Of a stretch of 64,000 bases of DNA, positions 19,663 to 28,472 are shown one piece after another (positions within the stretch are counted from its first letter, which is position 1; each line of letters opens with the position of its first letter). A model generated the notes under the pieces. The model worked only from the letters and a program-made list of their open reading frames with translations. It did no database searches and was not told where the DNA came from. The stretch comes from Methylocystaceae bacterium (GTDB taxonomy: Bacteria > Bacillota > Syntrophomonadia > Syntrophomonadales > JBLNAA01): positions 5,931 through 69,930 of the forward strand of contig JBLNAA010000008.1 of NCBI GenBank assembly GCA_050259135.1. Direction: 5' to 3'. Made by a program: the position numbers and the translations under genes.

Positions 19663-21032
19663 CAGATTTTCCTCCCGATCAGGGCGGCTACTATTTCCTC
19701 CATTTGCATGGATCGCGAACCCTTAATTAATATAGCGGCATCTGCATTTACATACTGTTTAATAAATGAAATTGCCTGCCCATTACTTTCAAACATATCA
19801 ATCCGATGCGGCGGCATGTCTGCCTGGATGGCACCCTCTGCATACCAGCGGGCCCTGCTGCCTACGGTTATCAGCCGATCAGCCAAACGGGCTGCTTCAC
19901 GCCCCACCTGAAGATGGGCTTCCTTTTCCAAACTTCCCAGTTCCATCATGTCACCCAGTACCGACACCGCCTGACGTCCCCGTTTTTGCCTGGCTAACAC
20001 CTGAAGCCCGGCCACCATGGAAAGAGGATTGGCATTGTAACAATCATCAATCACCGTAACATTTCCACCTATCTCCACGTTACGCAAGCGGTGTCCTCCT
20101 GGTGCAAACCGATTCAGCACATCAGCCATGGTTGTCCAGGGTACCCCTAATTGCCGGCCGACAGCTGCCGCCGCCAGTACGTTAAGGGCGAGATTCTCCG
20201 ATAATAAGGGAATAAATAATTCTTCTTCTTCTTCAAATATCCGGCAGCGCAAAACCAAACCTTCTGGAACCTCACTGGTTTGGACCAGTCTGATATCATT
20301 TTCTTCACCCCGTCCAAAAGTATAAACTAATGCATCGTGGCGGATGGCCTCTTCTTTAAGCAGGGCAATGTCGCCATTAATCAGTGCGAATCCGCGTGGA
20401 TTGAGATAATCAAGCACTTCGCATTTGGCCTGGGCAATTTTCTCCACACTGCCCAACAATTCCAGGTGGACGGGTGCAATATTAGTAATAACAGCGATGT
20501 CGGGAGCAGCAATATGAGCTAATTGAGCGATTTGCCCTCTGCCCCGCATCCCCATTTCTACTACCGCCATCCGATGTTCGTCCTGAAGCGCCAGCAGAGT
20601 CAGGGGAAGCCCCAATTCATTGTTGTAATTACCTTCACTTTTTAAGCATTCATGGCTGCTGCTCAAAATGGCAGCTATCATATCCTTGGTGGTTGTCTTA
20701 CCTACACTGCCGGTAACTGCTATGACTTTGACTTCACTGGCCAGCCGATGATAACGGGCCAGATTCTGCAAAGCAGCCGCCACTTCAGGTACCACCAGCA
20801 ATCTTGAGGTATCAACATCAGGTACCAGATGATTTACAACTGCTGCTCCCCCTTTTTCCAAAACCTCGGGGACGAATTCGTGACCATCATAACGGGTTCC
20901 CGGTAAGGCAAAAAACAAGGTGCCCGGTCCAGATTGACGTGAGTCAATACTGACCCGGTTTATCGTATAACTGCCCCTGCCAGAACGCTGAGCACTAATA
21001 ATATCTGCTATTTCATCGATCTGCCTGTTCAT
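19662..21032 (-). CDS. murF: UDP-N-acetylmuramoyl-tripeptide--D-alanyl-D-alanine ligase
   Basis: Mur ligase motif GSVGKTTTKDM. Start taken as the ATG at 21032, overlapping the murE end. The track ORF extends to 21077. Confidence 0.93.
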   Translation of the reverse strand: MNRQIDEIADIISAQRSGRGSYTINRVSIDSRQSGPGTLFFALPGTRYDGHEFVPEVLEKGGAAVVNHLVPDVDTSRLLVVPEVAAALQNLARYHRLASEVKVIAVTGSVGKTTTKDMIAAILSSSHECLKSEGNYNNELGLPLTLLALQDEHRMAVVEMGMRGRGQIAQLAHIAAPDIAVITNIAPVHLELLGSVEKIAQAKCEVLDYLNPRGFALINGDIALLKEEAIRHDALVYTFGRGEENDIRLVQTSEVPEGLVLRCRIFEEEEELFIPLLSENLALNVLAAAAVGRQLGVPWTTMADVLNRFAPGGHRLRNVEIGGNVTVIDDCYNANPLSMVAGLQVLARQKRGRQAVSVLGDMMELGSLEKEAHLQVGREAARLADRLITVGSRARWYAEGAIQADMPPHRIDMFESNGQAISFIKQYVNADAAILIKGSRSMQMEEIVAALIGRKI

Positions 21033-22488
21033 CGTTTCGTATTTCCTCCAGAATTTCTCGGGCAACCTCCCGATCATCGAAGTGAAGCACCTGGGTGCCG
21101 ACTAACTGGTAATCCTCATGGCCCTTACCGGCTATCATCACCAGATCCCCCGATTCTGCCATAGTTAATGCCTTATAAATAGCAGCGCGGCGGTCAGGTT
21201 CAACCAGATAAGCGGCATTGGCTACCTTTATTACACCCGGTATGATCTCTTCGATAATGGCCAGTGGTTCCTCAGTACGGGGGTTATCAGAGGTGACCAC
21301 CGTAAAATCACTGTAACGGGCAGATATCTCTCCCATAATCGGCCGTTTGGTGCGGTCACGGTCACCGCCGCAGCCAAACACCGTAATTAAACGATTAGTT
21401 TTAATATTAACCGAAGTTTTTAAGACATTTTCCAGGCCATCAGGGGTATGAGCATAATCTACCACTACCGCGAATGACTGCCCGGCATCAACCGTTTCAT
21501 AACGTCCGGCCACTCCGGTCACCTGTTCTAATGCTTTTTTTACCACTGATATTTCTATTCCGCTGGCCAGAGCATATCCAGCTGCCGCCAGGGCGTTGTA
21601 AACTGAAAACATACCCACCAGTTTCAGGTTGAGCAATACCTTTTTGGGTCCATACACCAGAATAAACCTGGTTCCGGTTAGGGAAATCTGTATTTGTTCT
21701 GCCCGGACATCAGCCTTTGGATTAAGGCCATAGGTGATTATCGGCCCCGGAGCAGCCTCGATAAAGAAATTGGCACTGGGATCATCACGATTGATTATTG
21801 CTGGTTTATCGGCGGTAAGTTCCCGAAATAGTTTAAGCTTGGCTGTCCGGTATTCATCGATGGTATGATGGTAATCCAGATGATCCTGAGTCAAGTTAGT
21901 AAAAATTGCTGCTGCAAATGAGATTGATGCTACTCTGTCCAAATCGAGCGCATGGGAGGAAACCTCCATTACCAAATGACTGGCTCCATCGTCAGCCGCG
22001 CGACGGAAAAAGCGCAAAATATCCATGGCTTCGGGAGTAGTGTGATGCAGATTTTCTCGATAATTTCCAACCAGGCCATAAAGGGTACCCATTAATGCTG
22101 TCGGCTGACCATTAGCCTCTAATATCGCCTTGATCAGGTGGGTAGTAGTTGTTTTCCCGTTGGTACCGGTTACACCGATTACATTCAGTCTATTTTGCGG
22201 CTGGCCGTAAAAGTTGGATGCCAGGAAAGACATAACGCGGCGGGTATTTTCCACTGTCACCTGAGGAATGTCAAGTTCTAATTCACGTTCGGTTACCAGC
22301 GCCGCGGCTCCCTTTTCCCAGGCCTGGGCCGCAAAATCATGCCCGTCCACTTTAAACCCAGGGACACATACAAAAAGATCTCCCGGCTTGACTTCCCGTG
22401 AATCATAAGTTATACCTTTTATCTCCACCTCCAGGTCGCCCCGGTGGCTGTTCACCTTAATCCCGTTAAGACATGCAGTTAGTTTCAT
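21013..22488 (-). CDS. murE: UDP-N-acetylmuramoyl-L-alanyl-D-glutamate--2,6-diaminopimelate ligase
   Basis: GTNGKTTTTHL motif and the DNPR motif (VVTSDNPRTE). Confidence 0.93.
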   Translation of the reverse strand: MKLTACLNGIKVNSHRGDLEVEIKGITYDSREVKPGDLFVCVPGFKVDGHDFAAQAWEKGAAALVTERELELDIPQVTVENTRRVMSFLASNFYGQPQNRLNVIGVTGTNGKTTTTHLIKAILEANGQPTALMGTLYGLVGNYRENLHHTTPEAMDILRFFRRAADDGASHLVMEVSSHALDLDRVASISFAAAIFTNLTQDHLDYHHTIDEYRTAKLKLFRELTADKPAIINRDDPSANFFIEAAPGPIITYGLNPKADVRAEQIQISLTGTRFILVYGPKKVLLNLKLVGMFSVYNALAAAGYALASGIEISVVKKALEQVTGVAGRYETVDAGQSFAVVVDYAHTPDGLENVLKTSVNIKTNRLITVFGCGGDRDRTKRPIMGEISARYSDFTVVTSDNPRTEEPLAIIEEIIPGVIKVANAAYLVEPDRRAAIYKALTMAESGDLVMIAGKGHEDYQLVGTQVLHFDDREVAREILEEIRNDEQADR

Positions 22489-22511
22489 TTTATGGGCCTC
22501 CCTTTTTTTGG

Positions 22512-24626
22512 TCAGTAAGCAGGCTTAAACCAGACTTTTACCATACTACCCGACTTGATGGCAGTACCAGCCTCCGGCTCTTGTTTTTCAGCAATGCCAT
22601 AGCCATCGCTTTCTAGTATAAGTCCTACCTGGGAAAGTAAGCGAGCTACTTCTTTCATTGATTTACCTGATAAATCAGGTACGGTAACTTTATAAGCATG
22701 TAAACGTTCAGCAGGTGCAGGAGACATACGCAAATTAACCCGGCTACCAGGGTCAACTTTGGTATCCGCCTGCGGATTCTGCTCCCGAACCAAACTGCCC
22801 TCGCCGTCAACCTTAGCATTTAAACCCAACAGCCTTAATTCGTCAAGAGCCTCAGACAAAGGTAAATTTATCAAATTGGGCATGGTGATTTTTTCAGCCG
22901 GTGCTTCATTCCTGCTGTTTTCACTCTGTCGTGGTACTCCCAGGTACGCCAGTGAATCTTCTAAAATTGCTTTGATCAGCGGGGCTGCTACTGTACCCCC
23001 ATAGTAAGGATAGCCCTTGGGGTCATCAACAACAACTAAAGCAGCCAGACGGGCTTCATTGGCCGGTGCAAATGCTATAAAAGAAGCTACGTGTTGGTCA
23101 GACATATAGCCGCCTCCCGGGGCAATTTTCTGGGCGGTCCCGGTTTTTCCGGCTACCCGATATCCTTCAACATAAGCATTTTGCCCGGTTCCATTCTTAA
23201 CTACTCCTTCCAGTATGGTGCATAACTCCTGAGATGCTTTCGGGCTTAACACCTGACGAATTTTCTCGGGTTTTATTTCTTTCACTGGCCGTCCTTGATC
23301 GTTAATTACCTCTTTCAGCAGATGAGGACGGTAGAGAACACCGCCATTAGCTACGGTACAAACCGCATTTAACAATTGGATAGCGGTGACGGCATTGGCC
23401 TGACCAAAGGACATGGTGGCCAGGTCAACCTGAGTAGCCCGTTTTTCAGGTACCAAAATACCACGGGCTTCACCCGGCAAATCAATTCCGGTTTTCTGTC
23501 CAAGGCCGAAGGCTCTTACATATTTAAAGTAAGCCGGTAACCCCAGGCGCATGCCTACCTGAACAAACCCGACGTTACACGAATTCTCGACCACCCGGGT
23601 AAAGGTCTGGGATCCATGGGCCCGCCCCTGGGCTTCATGGATCGTGTGTTTCCCAACCTTAATGAATCCGGGACAATAAAAATCATCGTTGGGTTTAACT
23701 ACCTTTTCATTTAAGGCGGCGGCAGCCGTAATTATTTTTCCGGTCGAGCCAGGTTCCAGGGCGTTATTTACGGCATAGTTACGGCGAACCGACCCGGGAA
23801 ACTCTTTATAACGGTTAGGATCAAAGGCGGGCCGGTTAGCCAGAGCTAATATTTCACCAGTTTGAGGATCCATGACTACCGCGTAGGCAGCTTTGGGCTG
23901 ACGGCTGGCCATAACTTTATCCAGTTCCCGCTCTACTATATATTGAATCGTTTCATCAATGGTTAAAACCAGGCTGTTACCCGTTATTGGACGAATATAT
24001 TTATGGGTGGCATCAGGTATGGGCCGGCCAGCCGCATCCTGCTCCACCACAAAACGGCCTGGAGTTCCAGCCAAGTAATTATTATAATACAGATCGATAC
24101 CTTCAAGCCCCACATTATCAATCCCGGATATGCCTAAAACATGGCACGCCAGTACGGTTTTCGGGTAGTAACGGCGGGACTCTTCAACCATGTGAATGCC
24201 TGGCAAATCCAGCTGTCTGAGCTCCTGAGCGGTTTTTAAGTCAACCTGCCGCTTTACCCATTCTAATGCTACTGGCCGGGTAATCAAGTTTTTTATCCGA
24301 ACTTCATCAACTCCGAGTATGGCTGACAGCTGACGGGCGATTTCATCGGCACGCCCTGATTTACGAACCTCCGGGGGACTGGCATAGACTGATTCCGTAC
24401 TGACCGATACGGCTAACTCGTGGCCATTACGATCATAAATTGTCCCCCGCTTGGCTTCTACTCGAATATCCTGCATCCGGTTTTCCAGCGCCCGGGAGGA
24501 CAAATCCTCGCTTCTAATCACCTGCAACCAAAAAAGACGCACCAGCAACATTAAGATGAGTGCGCCTCCCAGCATGAAAAGCGCAGTTACGCGCCTTTTA
24601 ACCGAATAGTCAGTTGTTCGCTTCAA
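22512..24626 (-). CDS. Class B penicillin-binding protein (FtsI/PBP2B/SpoVD family) with two C-terminal PASTA domains
   Basis: Catalytic motifs STGK, SCN and KTGT. Two PASTA-like repeats at the C-terminus. TTG start after GAGGTGAGGGG. Confidence 0.93.
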   Translation of the reverse strand: MKRTTDYSVKRRVTALFMLGGALILMLLVRLFWLQVIRSEDLSSRALENRMQDIRVEAKRGTIYDRNGHELAVSVSTESVYASPPEVRKSGRADEIARQLSAILGVDEVRIKNLITRPVALEWVKRQVDLKTAQELRQLDLPGIHMVEESRRYYPKTVLACHVLGISGIDNVGLEGIDLYYNNYLAGTPGRFVVEQDAAGRPIPDATHKYIRPITGNSLVLTIDETIQYIVERELDKVMASRQPKAAYAVVMDPQTGEILALANRPAFDPNRYKEFPGSVRRNYAVNNALEPGSTGKIITAAAALNEKVVKPNDDFYCPGFIKVGKHTIHEAQGRAHGSQTFTRVVENSCNVGFVQVGMRLGLPAYFKYVRAFGLGQKTGIDLPGEARGILVPEKRATQVDLATMSFGQANAVTAIQLLNAVCTVANGGVLYRPHLLKEVINDQGRPVKEIKPEKIRQVLSPKASQELCTILEGVVKNGTGQNAYVEGYRVAGKTGTAQKIAPGGGYMSDQHVASFIAFAPANEARLAALVVVDDPKGYPYYGGTVAAPLIKAILEDSLAYLGVPRQSENSRNEAPAEKITMPNLINLPLSEALDELRLLGLNAKVDGEGSLVREQNPQADTKVDPGSRVNLRMSPAPAERLHAYKVTVPDLSGKSMKEVARLLSQVGLILESDGYGIAEKQEPEAGTAIKSGSMVKVWFKPAY

Positions 24627-24643
24627 ATCCCCTCACCTCGGGC

Positions 24644-25156
24644 TTAGTTATTCACCCCCACTTTCTGTTGGCCCGAAAAGAGGGTGGCCAGAGAGTTAAA
24701 GAAGTTATGCGACCAAATACCAGCATGAGCACTGCTCTCGGAATGGCGCAAACTAACCACCTGTACATCATTAACCATCGGAGCAACTGCTACCATCATC
24801 TCTTCAGAGGGACGTACCATCCCCAGCTGAGTCCGAGCCAGGCCTTCCACCCGCTCCGGAGATGCTAATTCAGCCGCCTGCAGCTTTAAAGTCTTATTAT
24901 CAATTTCCAGAGCCGCGATGTTTTGTTTAAGATCATTAACCTGGTAAGTCATTAATGCACCCTGGATATAGCAAAATACCGTACCGAAACAAAACAGGAG
25001 GGCAAGCGCCATAGTTTTGACTGCGAGCACATAATGATGATGCTGTCCGGTTTCATTGGCCGCTGTTGACCTTTTTGAGCTGGTTGCTTTATCCTCAGTC
25101 CTTACCGGCTCAGCAACTTGATAGCCCATAACATATTTGTACTCGGCTGCTGTCAA
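24644..25156 (-). CDS. ftsL: Cell division protein FtsL-like (septum formation initiator family)
   Basis: Single TM segment followed by a coiled coil (NIAALEIDNKTLKLQAAEL). Sits between rsmH and the PBP gene. TTG start after GGAGGGAG. Confidence 0.7.
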   Translation of the reverse strand: MTAAEYKYVMGYQVAEPVRTEDKATSSKRSTAANETGQHHHYVLAVKTMALALLFCFGTVFCYIQGALMTYQVNDLKQNIAALEIDNKTLKLQAAELASPERVEGLARTQLGMVRPSEEMMVAVAPMVNDVQVVSLRHSESSAHAGIWSHNFFNSLATLFSGQQKVGVNN

Positions 25157-25189
25157 AATATTCTCCCTCCGTTTCGGTCCTTACTATAA

Positions 25190-26116
25190 TTAACTTAGTT
25201 TTTCCACGACCCGCAGACGTGCGCTGCGCGCCCGGGGATTATCGTTAACTTCATCATCAGAAGGTGCTATCGGCTTACGGGTAACTAATCGTGCTGCCGG
25301 CTGACGATGACAGGTACATACCGGCTGTTTGGGCGGGCAGATACAGCCGGTACAGCGTTCTGCCATAAACCTTTTTACCAGTCGATCCTCCAGGGAGTGA
25401 AAAGTAATTATCGCCAGGCGTCCTCCTGGTTTCAACAGATTAAAAGCCTGCGGCAAGGCCTGTTCTATGGCCTCAAGTTCCTGGTTAACGGCTATACGCA
25501 AGGCCTGAAATGTTCGCCGGGCTGGATGCTTTGCCCGTCGGTATGCGGCTGGAACTGATCTTTTAATTACATCTACCAGCTGCCCGGTGGTAGTGATCTG
25601 AGTTTCCAAGCGTTCCTTCACGATGGCGGCCGCAATCTGCGGGGCATATCTTTCTTCACCGTAATCCCATAAAATCTGCCTTATGTCTTTCTGCTCCCAG
25701 GTATTTACTATCTGGGCGGCATCAATTTCCTGGCGGCGATCCATACGCATATCGAGAGGTACATCAAATTGGTAGGAAAAACCCCTTTCCTCCTCATCAA
25801 TTTGAAAGGACGAGACTCCCAGATCCATCATAATACCATCAACTGCGCTGAAACCTGTTGCCTTAACCACTGCATCCAGTTCCGCAAAGTTAGCATTTTT
25901 TAAATGAAGCTCCAGGTTAAGATCGGTTAAATCAGCGGCGGTTCGCTTAAGAATATCACCATCCCGATCCAGTCCAATGATTACTGCTGGCGGCTTTAAT
26001 CTAGCAGCAAGGGCTCTTAAATGTCCGCCCCCGCCTACGGTACCGTCCACATAGACTCCTTGCGGATCGGTTAACAGCTGTTCGATTGTCTGATCTAGCA
26101 AAACTGGTTTATGCAT
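25190..26116 (-). CDS. rsmH: 16S rRNA (cytosine1402-N4)-methyltransferase
   Basis: MHKPVLL…DGTVGGGGH N-terminus. Position after mraZ. Confidence 0.95.
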   Translation of the reverse strand: MHKPVLLDQTIEQLLTDPQGVYVDGTVGGGGHLRALAARLKPPAVIIGLDRDGDILKRTAADLTDLNLELHLKNANFAELDAVVKATGFSAVDGIMMDLGVSSFQIDEEERGFSYQFDVPLDMRMDRRQEIDAAQIVNTWEQKDIRQILWDYGEERYAPQIAAAIVKERLETQITTTGQLVDVIKRSVPAAYRRAKHPARRTFQALRIAVNQELEAIEQALPQAFNLLKPGGRLAIITFHSLEDRLVKRFMAERCTGCICPPKQPVCTCHRQPAARLVTRKPIAPSDDEVNDNPRARSARLRVVEKLS

Positions 26117-26196
26117 GTAGCACTCCCGGTTGGTTTCTAATTTTTGTTAATAACTATTTTCTATTTTTATAGCAGTTATTATCCGGGAGGTGGTGC

Positions 26197-26628
26197 CTAA
26201 AATCCCAAATCAACCAGTTTTTCAGCTAATTCTTCATATGATGTTGAAGATTTCTCTGAATAGCTGGCCCAGGCATCAGCCGCCCATACTTCAACCCGAT
26301 TGCCGACACCGATAATGACTAAATCCCGGTCAATATGAGCATAATCACGAAGGCTGACCGGCAGTACTACCCTTCCCTGCTTATCAGGTTCACATTCACT
26401 GGCACCGGCAAAAAACAGGCGGGCAAACCCACGCACTTCTGGTCTGGTGAACGGCAGGTGCTGCAGCTTTTCTTCTAACTGCTTGAAGACTTCCAGGGGA
26501 TAGAGAAAGAGGCAGTTATCGAGTCCCTTGGTAGCAACAAAACAGTCCCCCAATTCCTCCCGCATACGGGACGGAACCGTGAGGCGGCCTTTGTTATCCA
26601 AACTGTGTTGGTATTCACCGAGGAACAT
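26197..26628 (-). CDS. mraZ: Transcriptional regulator MraZ
   Basis: MFLGEYQHSLDNKGRLTVP with a second repeat QGRVVLP. Length 143 aa. Confidence 0.95.
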   Translation of the reverse strand: MFLGEYQHSLDNKGRLTVPSRMREELGDCFVATKGLDNCLFLYPLEVFKQLEEKLQHLPFTRPEVRGFARLFFAGASECEPDKQGRVVLPVSLRDYAHIDRDLVIIGVGNRVEVWAADAWASYSEKSSTSYEELAEKLVDLGF

Positions 26629-26664
26629 AATTGCATCCTTTCGGGTTAAATGTTAGGGACTCTA

Positions 26665-26683
26665 AACCACTTTCAACCACTTC
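26665..26683 (-). promoter_or_regulatory. Candidate MraZ operator: direct AAGTGGTT repeats with 10-nt periodicity
   Basis: Minus strand reads GAAGTGGTTGAAAGTGGTTTAGAGTCC, about 35 nt upstream of the mraZ start. A third degenerate unit GAGTCC follows in phase. Confidence 0.45.
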
Positions 26684-26873
26684 ATGCCATCGTATTCTAT
26701 TTTAGTCCTTTACTTTCCTGCTTACATTCATAAAAAATACCAAAATATTTTTCGCCTTAACCTTAAACAGTCCGTCAAATATCGCATTATATCGGCATGT
26801 ACCTTTAAGTCCTGGGACTATTTACTTGCTGTCATGACCAGGTGAGGTGGAAGGAAATAACTCTGGGCATGCT

Positions 26874-26907
26874 AAAAGGGCTCCGGTTAAAAACCGAAGC
26901 CCTTTTT
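26874..26907 (-). terminator. Hairpin terminator (bidirectional shape) after the ACT-domain gene
   Basis: AAAAGGGCTCCGG-TTAAAAA-CCGAAGCCCTTTTT. U/A tracts on both sides. Confidence 0.65.
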
Positions 26908-26925
26908 ATTTATTATCTTATTAAA

Positions 26926-27354
26926 TTATAGGGAATAGACCTGTTCAGCAGTCAGGAATACCACCTTATGTTCCTGGCAATAAGCCAGGGCCTGAACGGG
27001 ATCAGCTACCTTGAACATAACCAGGGCATCTTTTGAAGTGGTACCAATAAAAGCATATAAGTATTCAATATTAATATTACCTTCACCCATAATCGTCAGT
27101 ACTTCCGCTAAACCACCAGGAGTGTCGGGTACCTGTACTGCCAAAACCTCAGTGGAGCTCACCGTAAAGCCGTTAGATTTCAGTACCTGATAAGCCCGGT
27201 CAGGGTCATTGACGATAAGCCGCAGAATACCAAAGTCTGAAGTATCAGCAATAGACAGGGCACGAATATTAATCTTGTTTTCACCCAAAACCTGAGTTAC
27301 TTTTCCAAGGCGACCAGCTTTATTTTCTAGGAAAACGGATATCTGTTTTACCAT
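26926..27354 (-). CDS. ACT domain-containing protein (tandem ACT)
   Basis: 142 aa with two ACT-like beta-alpha-beta-beta-alpha-beta units (ISVFLENKAGRL…; LAVQVPDTPGGLAEV…). Confidence 0.7.
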   Translation of the reverse strand: MVKQISVFLENKAGRLGKVTQVLGENKINIRALSIADTSDFGILRLIVNDPDRAYQVLKSNGFTVSSTEVLAVQVPDTPGGLAEVLTIMGEGNINIEYLYAFIGTTSKDALVMFKVADPVQALAYCQEHKVVFLTAEQVYSL

Positions 27355-27412
27355 CTTTGCTCCCTCCTTGCCACCTGCTGTTGTTTTGATTCTATAGTAT
27401 CTGATTCTATTA

Positions 27413-28075
27413 TTATGCTATTATTTCCTGCTTCCCTAAATTGCATTTGTTATTAAGCGGGCATAGCTGACAGCGCGGTTTCTTATTCCGGCAGTAATCA
27501 GCTCCCACTCTCACCAACAGGGCATGCATTTCATTGTAAACCTTTACGTCTCGCGGCAGACAAATGGTTAACAAATCCTGCAATTCATCATAACTGGCAT
27601 CTTCCGGAGTCAGCCCCAGCCGGTAAAAGATACGTCTGGTATAGGCATCTATTACTATTACCGGCAGTTCACCGGCATAACAGAGAATTGAATCCACCGT
27701 TTCTTTACCCATACCCCAGAGTGACAGCATCTGCGGCCGTAATTCCATAGCCGGACGTGAAAACAATTGGTCGTAATCGAACTGGCACTGCTCATTTAAC
27801 CAATTAAATAAGACTTTAAGTTTCCGGGCCTTCTGCCGATAGTACAAGGTGGAACGGATATAATCCCCCAATTCTTCAGTGGAGCAGCTTAATATAAATT
27901 CTTCATTAAGGACATCAGCAGCCTTCATTTTAGTAATGGCTTTTTCAACATTACTCCAGTTTACCGACTGGGTTAAAACGGCACCGATTATAATTTCCAG
28001 GGTATTATCCCCTGGCCACCACCCCTGTGGACCCAAATCCTTGATAAGCTGCTCATAGATTTGATTAATCAGCAT
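27413..28075 (-). CDS. Endonuclease III-related HhH-GPD family protein with C-terminal Cys cluster
   Basis: HhH motif region (LWGMGKETVDSIL), conserved Asp, and C-terminal CRNKKPRCQLCPLNNKC. Confidence 0.7.
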   Translation of the reverse strand: MLINQIYEQLIKDLGPQGWWPGDNTLEIIIGAVLTQSVNWSNVEKAITKMKAADVLNEEFILSCSTEELGDYIRSTLYYRQKARKLKVLFNWLNEQCQFDYDQLFSRPAMELRPQMLSLWGMGKETVDSILCYAGELPVIVIDAYTRRIFYRLGLTPEDASYDELQDLLTICLPRDVKVYNEMHALLVRVGADYCRNKKPRCQLCPLNNKCNLGKQEIIA

Positions 28076-28173
28076 CTTAACCCCTCAAATATAAAGCCAG
28101 GCAACGATTACTTATAAGCAGGCATCCAGATAGTCATACAACCGGTGCCAACCTCCTAGAATCGACCCTGGCC

Positions 28174-28370
28174 AAAAATAAAACCCCCACCGGACCGTGC
28201 CAACCGATTGTTTTGAACCTGCTCGCTTGCAGGTGGGTGCCTTCCTGAGTGCTTTTAGCTTCCCCTTCCCAAGAGGGGCCTGCTAGCCACACCCAGAGAA
28301 TCAGGCTCCCGATGTTTTGGTGTTGGGCCAAAACGTAATCGGCATATCACGTGTTCAGCAGGGATATTTA
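28174..28370 (-). ncRNA. ssrS: 6S RNA candidate (about 190 nt)
   Basis: Non-coding region immediately downstream of aspS. From memory, bsrA occupies this position in B. subtilis.
- Rod-like fold with a 24-bp interrupted closing stem: CCCUGCUG/CGGUGGGG, CGUG/CACG, GCCGAUU/AAUCGGU, GUUUU/AAAAC.
- Large central bubble: a 19-nt 5' strand, and a 3' strand carrying the small hairpin ACCUGC-AAGCGA-GCAGGU followed by UC.
- Inner stem GGGAGCC-UGA / UCA-GGAA-GGCACCC and an apical hairpin CCCCU…AGGGG.
- U-tract at the 3' end. Confidence 0.65.
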
Positions 28371-28409
28371 CTACCAAATATATGCGCTGGACTCTCTATT
28401 TGTATTATT

Positions 28410-28439
28410 ATCATAACACTTGCCGAAAATCCGTTTCAA
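28410..28439 (-). promoter_or_regulatory. Sigma-A-type promoter candidate upstream of the 6S RNA
   Basis: Minus strand reads TTGAAA-N18-TATGAT. The predicted transcription start is about 35-40 nt upstream of the closing stem. Confidence 0.4.
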
Positions 28440-28472
28440 CCATTGGCAGGTGTTTCCTCTACGGGACAAAAC

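Noticed and set aside
28134-28331. 65-aa minus-strand ORF (MAQHQNIGSL…) in the aspS-downstream gap
   Set aside because: It has no RBS and an odd composition, and it lies entirely inside the region that folds as a 6S-type RNA. It is treated as a translation artefact of a structured RNA.
28174-28403. T-box leader hypothesis for the structured region (AGAGAG near the 5' end, GGTTGGCACGG resembling the T-box GGGTGGTACCGCG, terminator-like 3' end)
   Set aside because: The T-box-like stretch is immediately followed by the 3' arm and U-tract, leaving no room for antiterminator/terminator geometry. No specifier-loop/stem I architecture is present. The downstream gene is not an aaRS or amino-acid gene. 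The 6S fold explains the whole region better.
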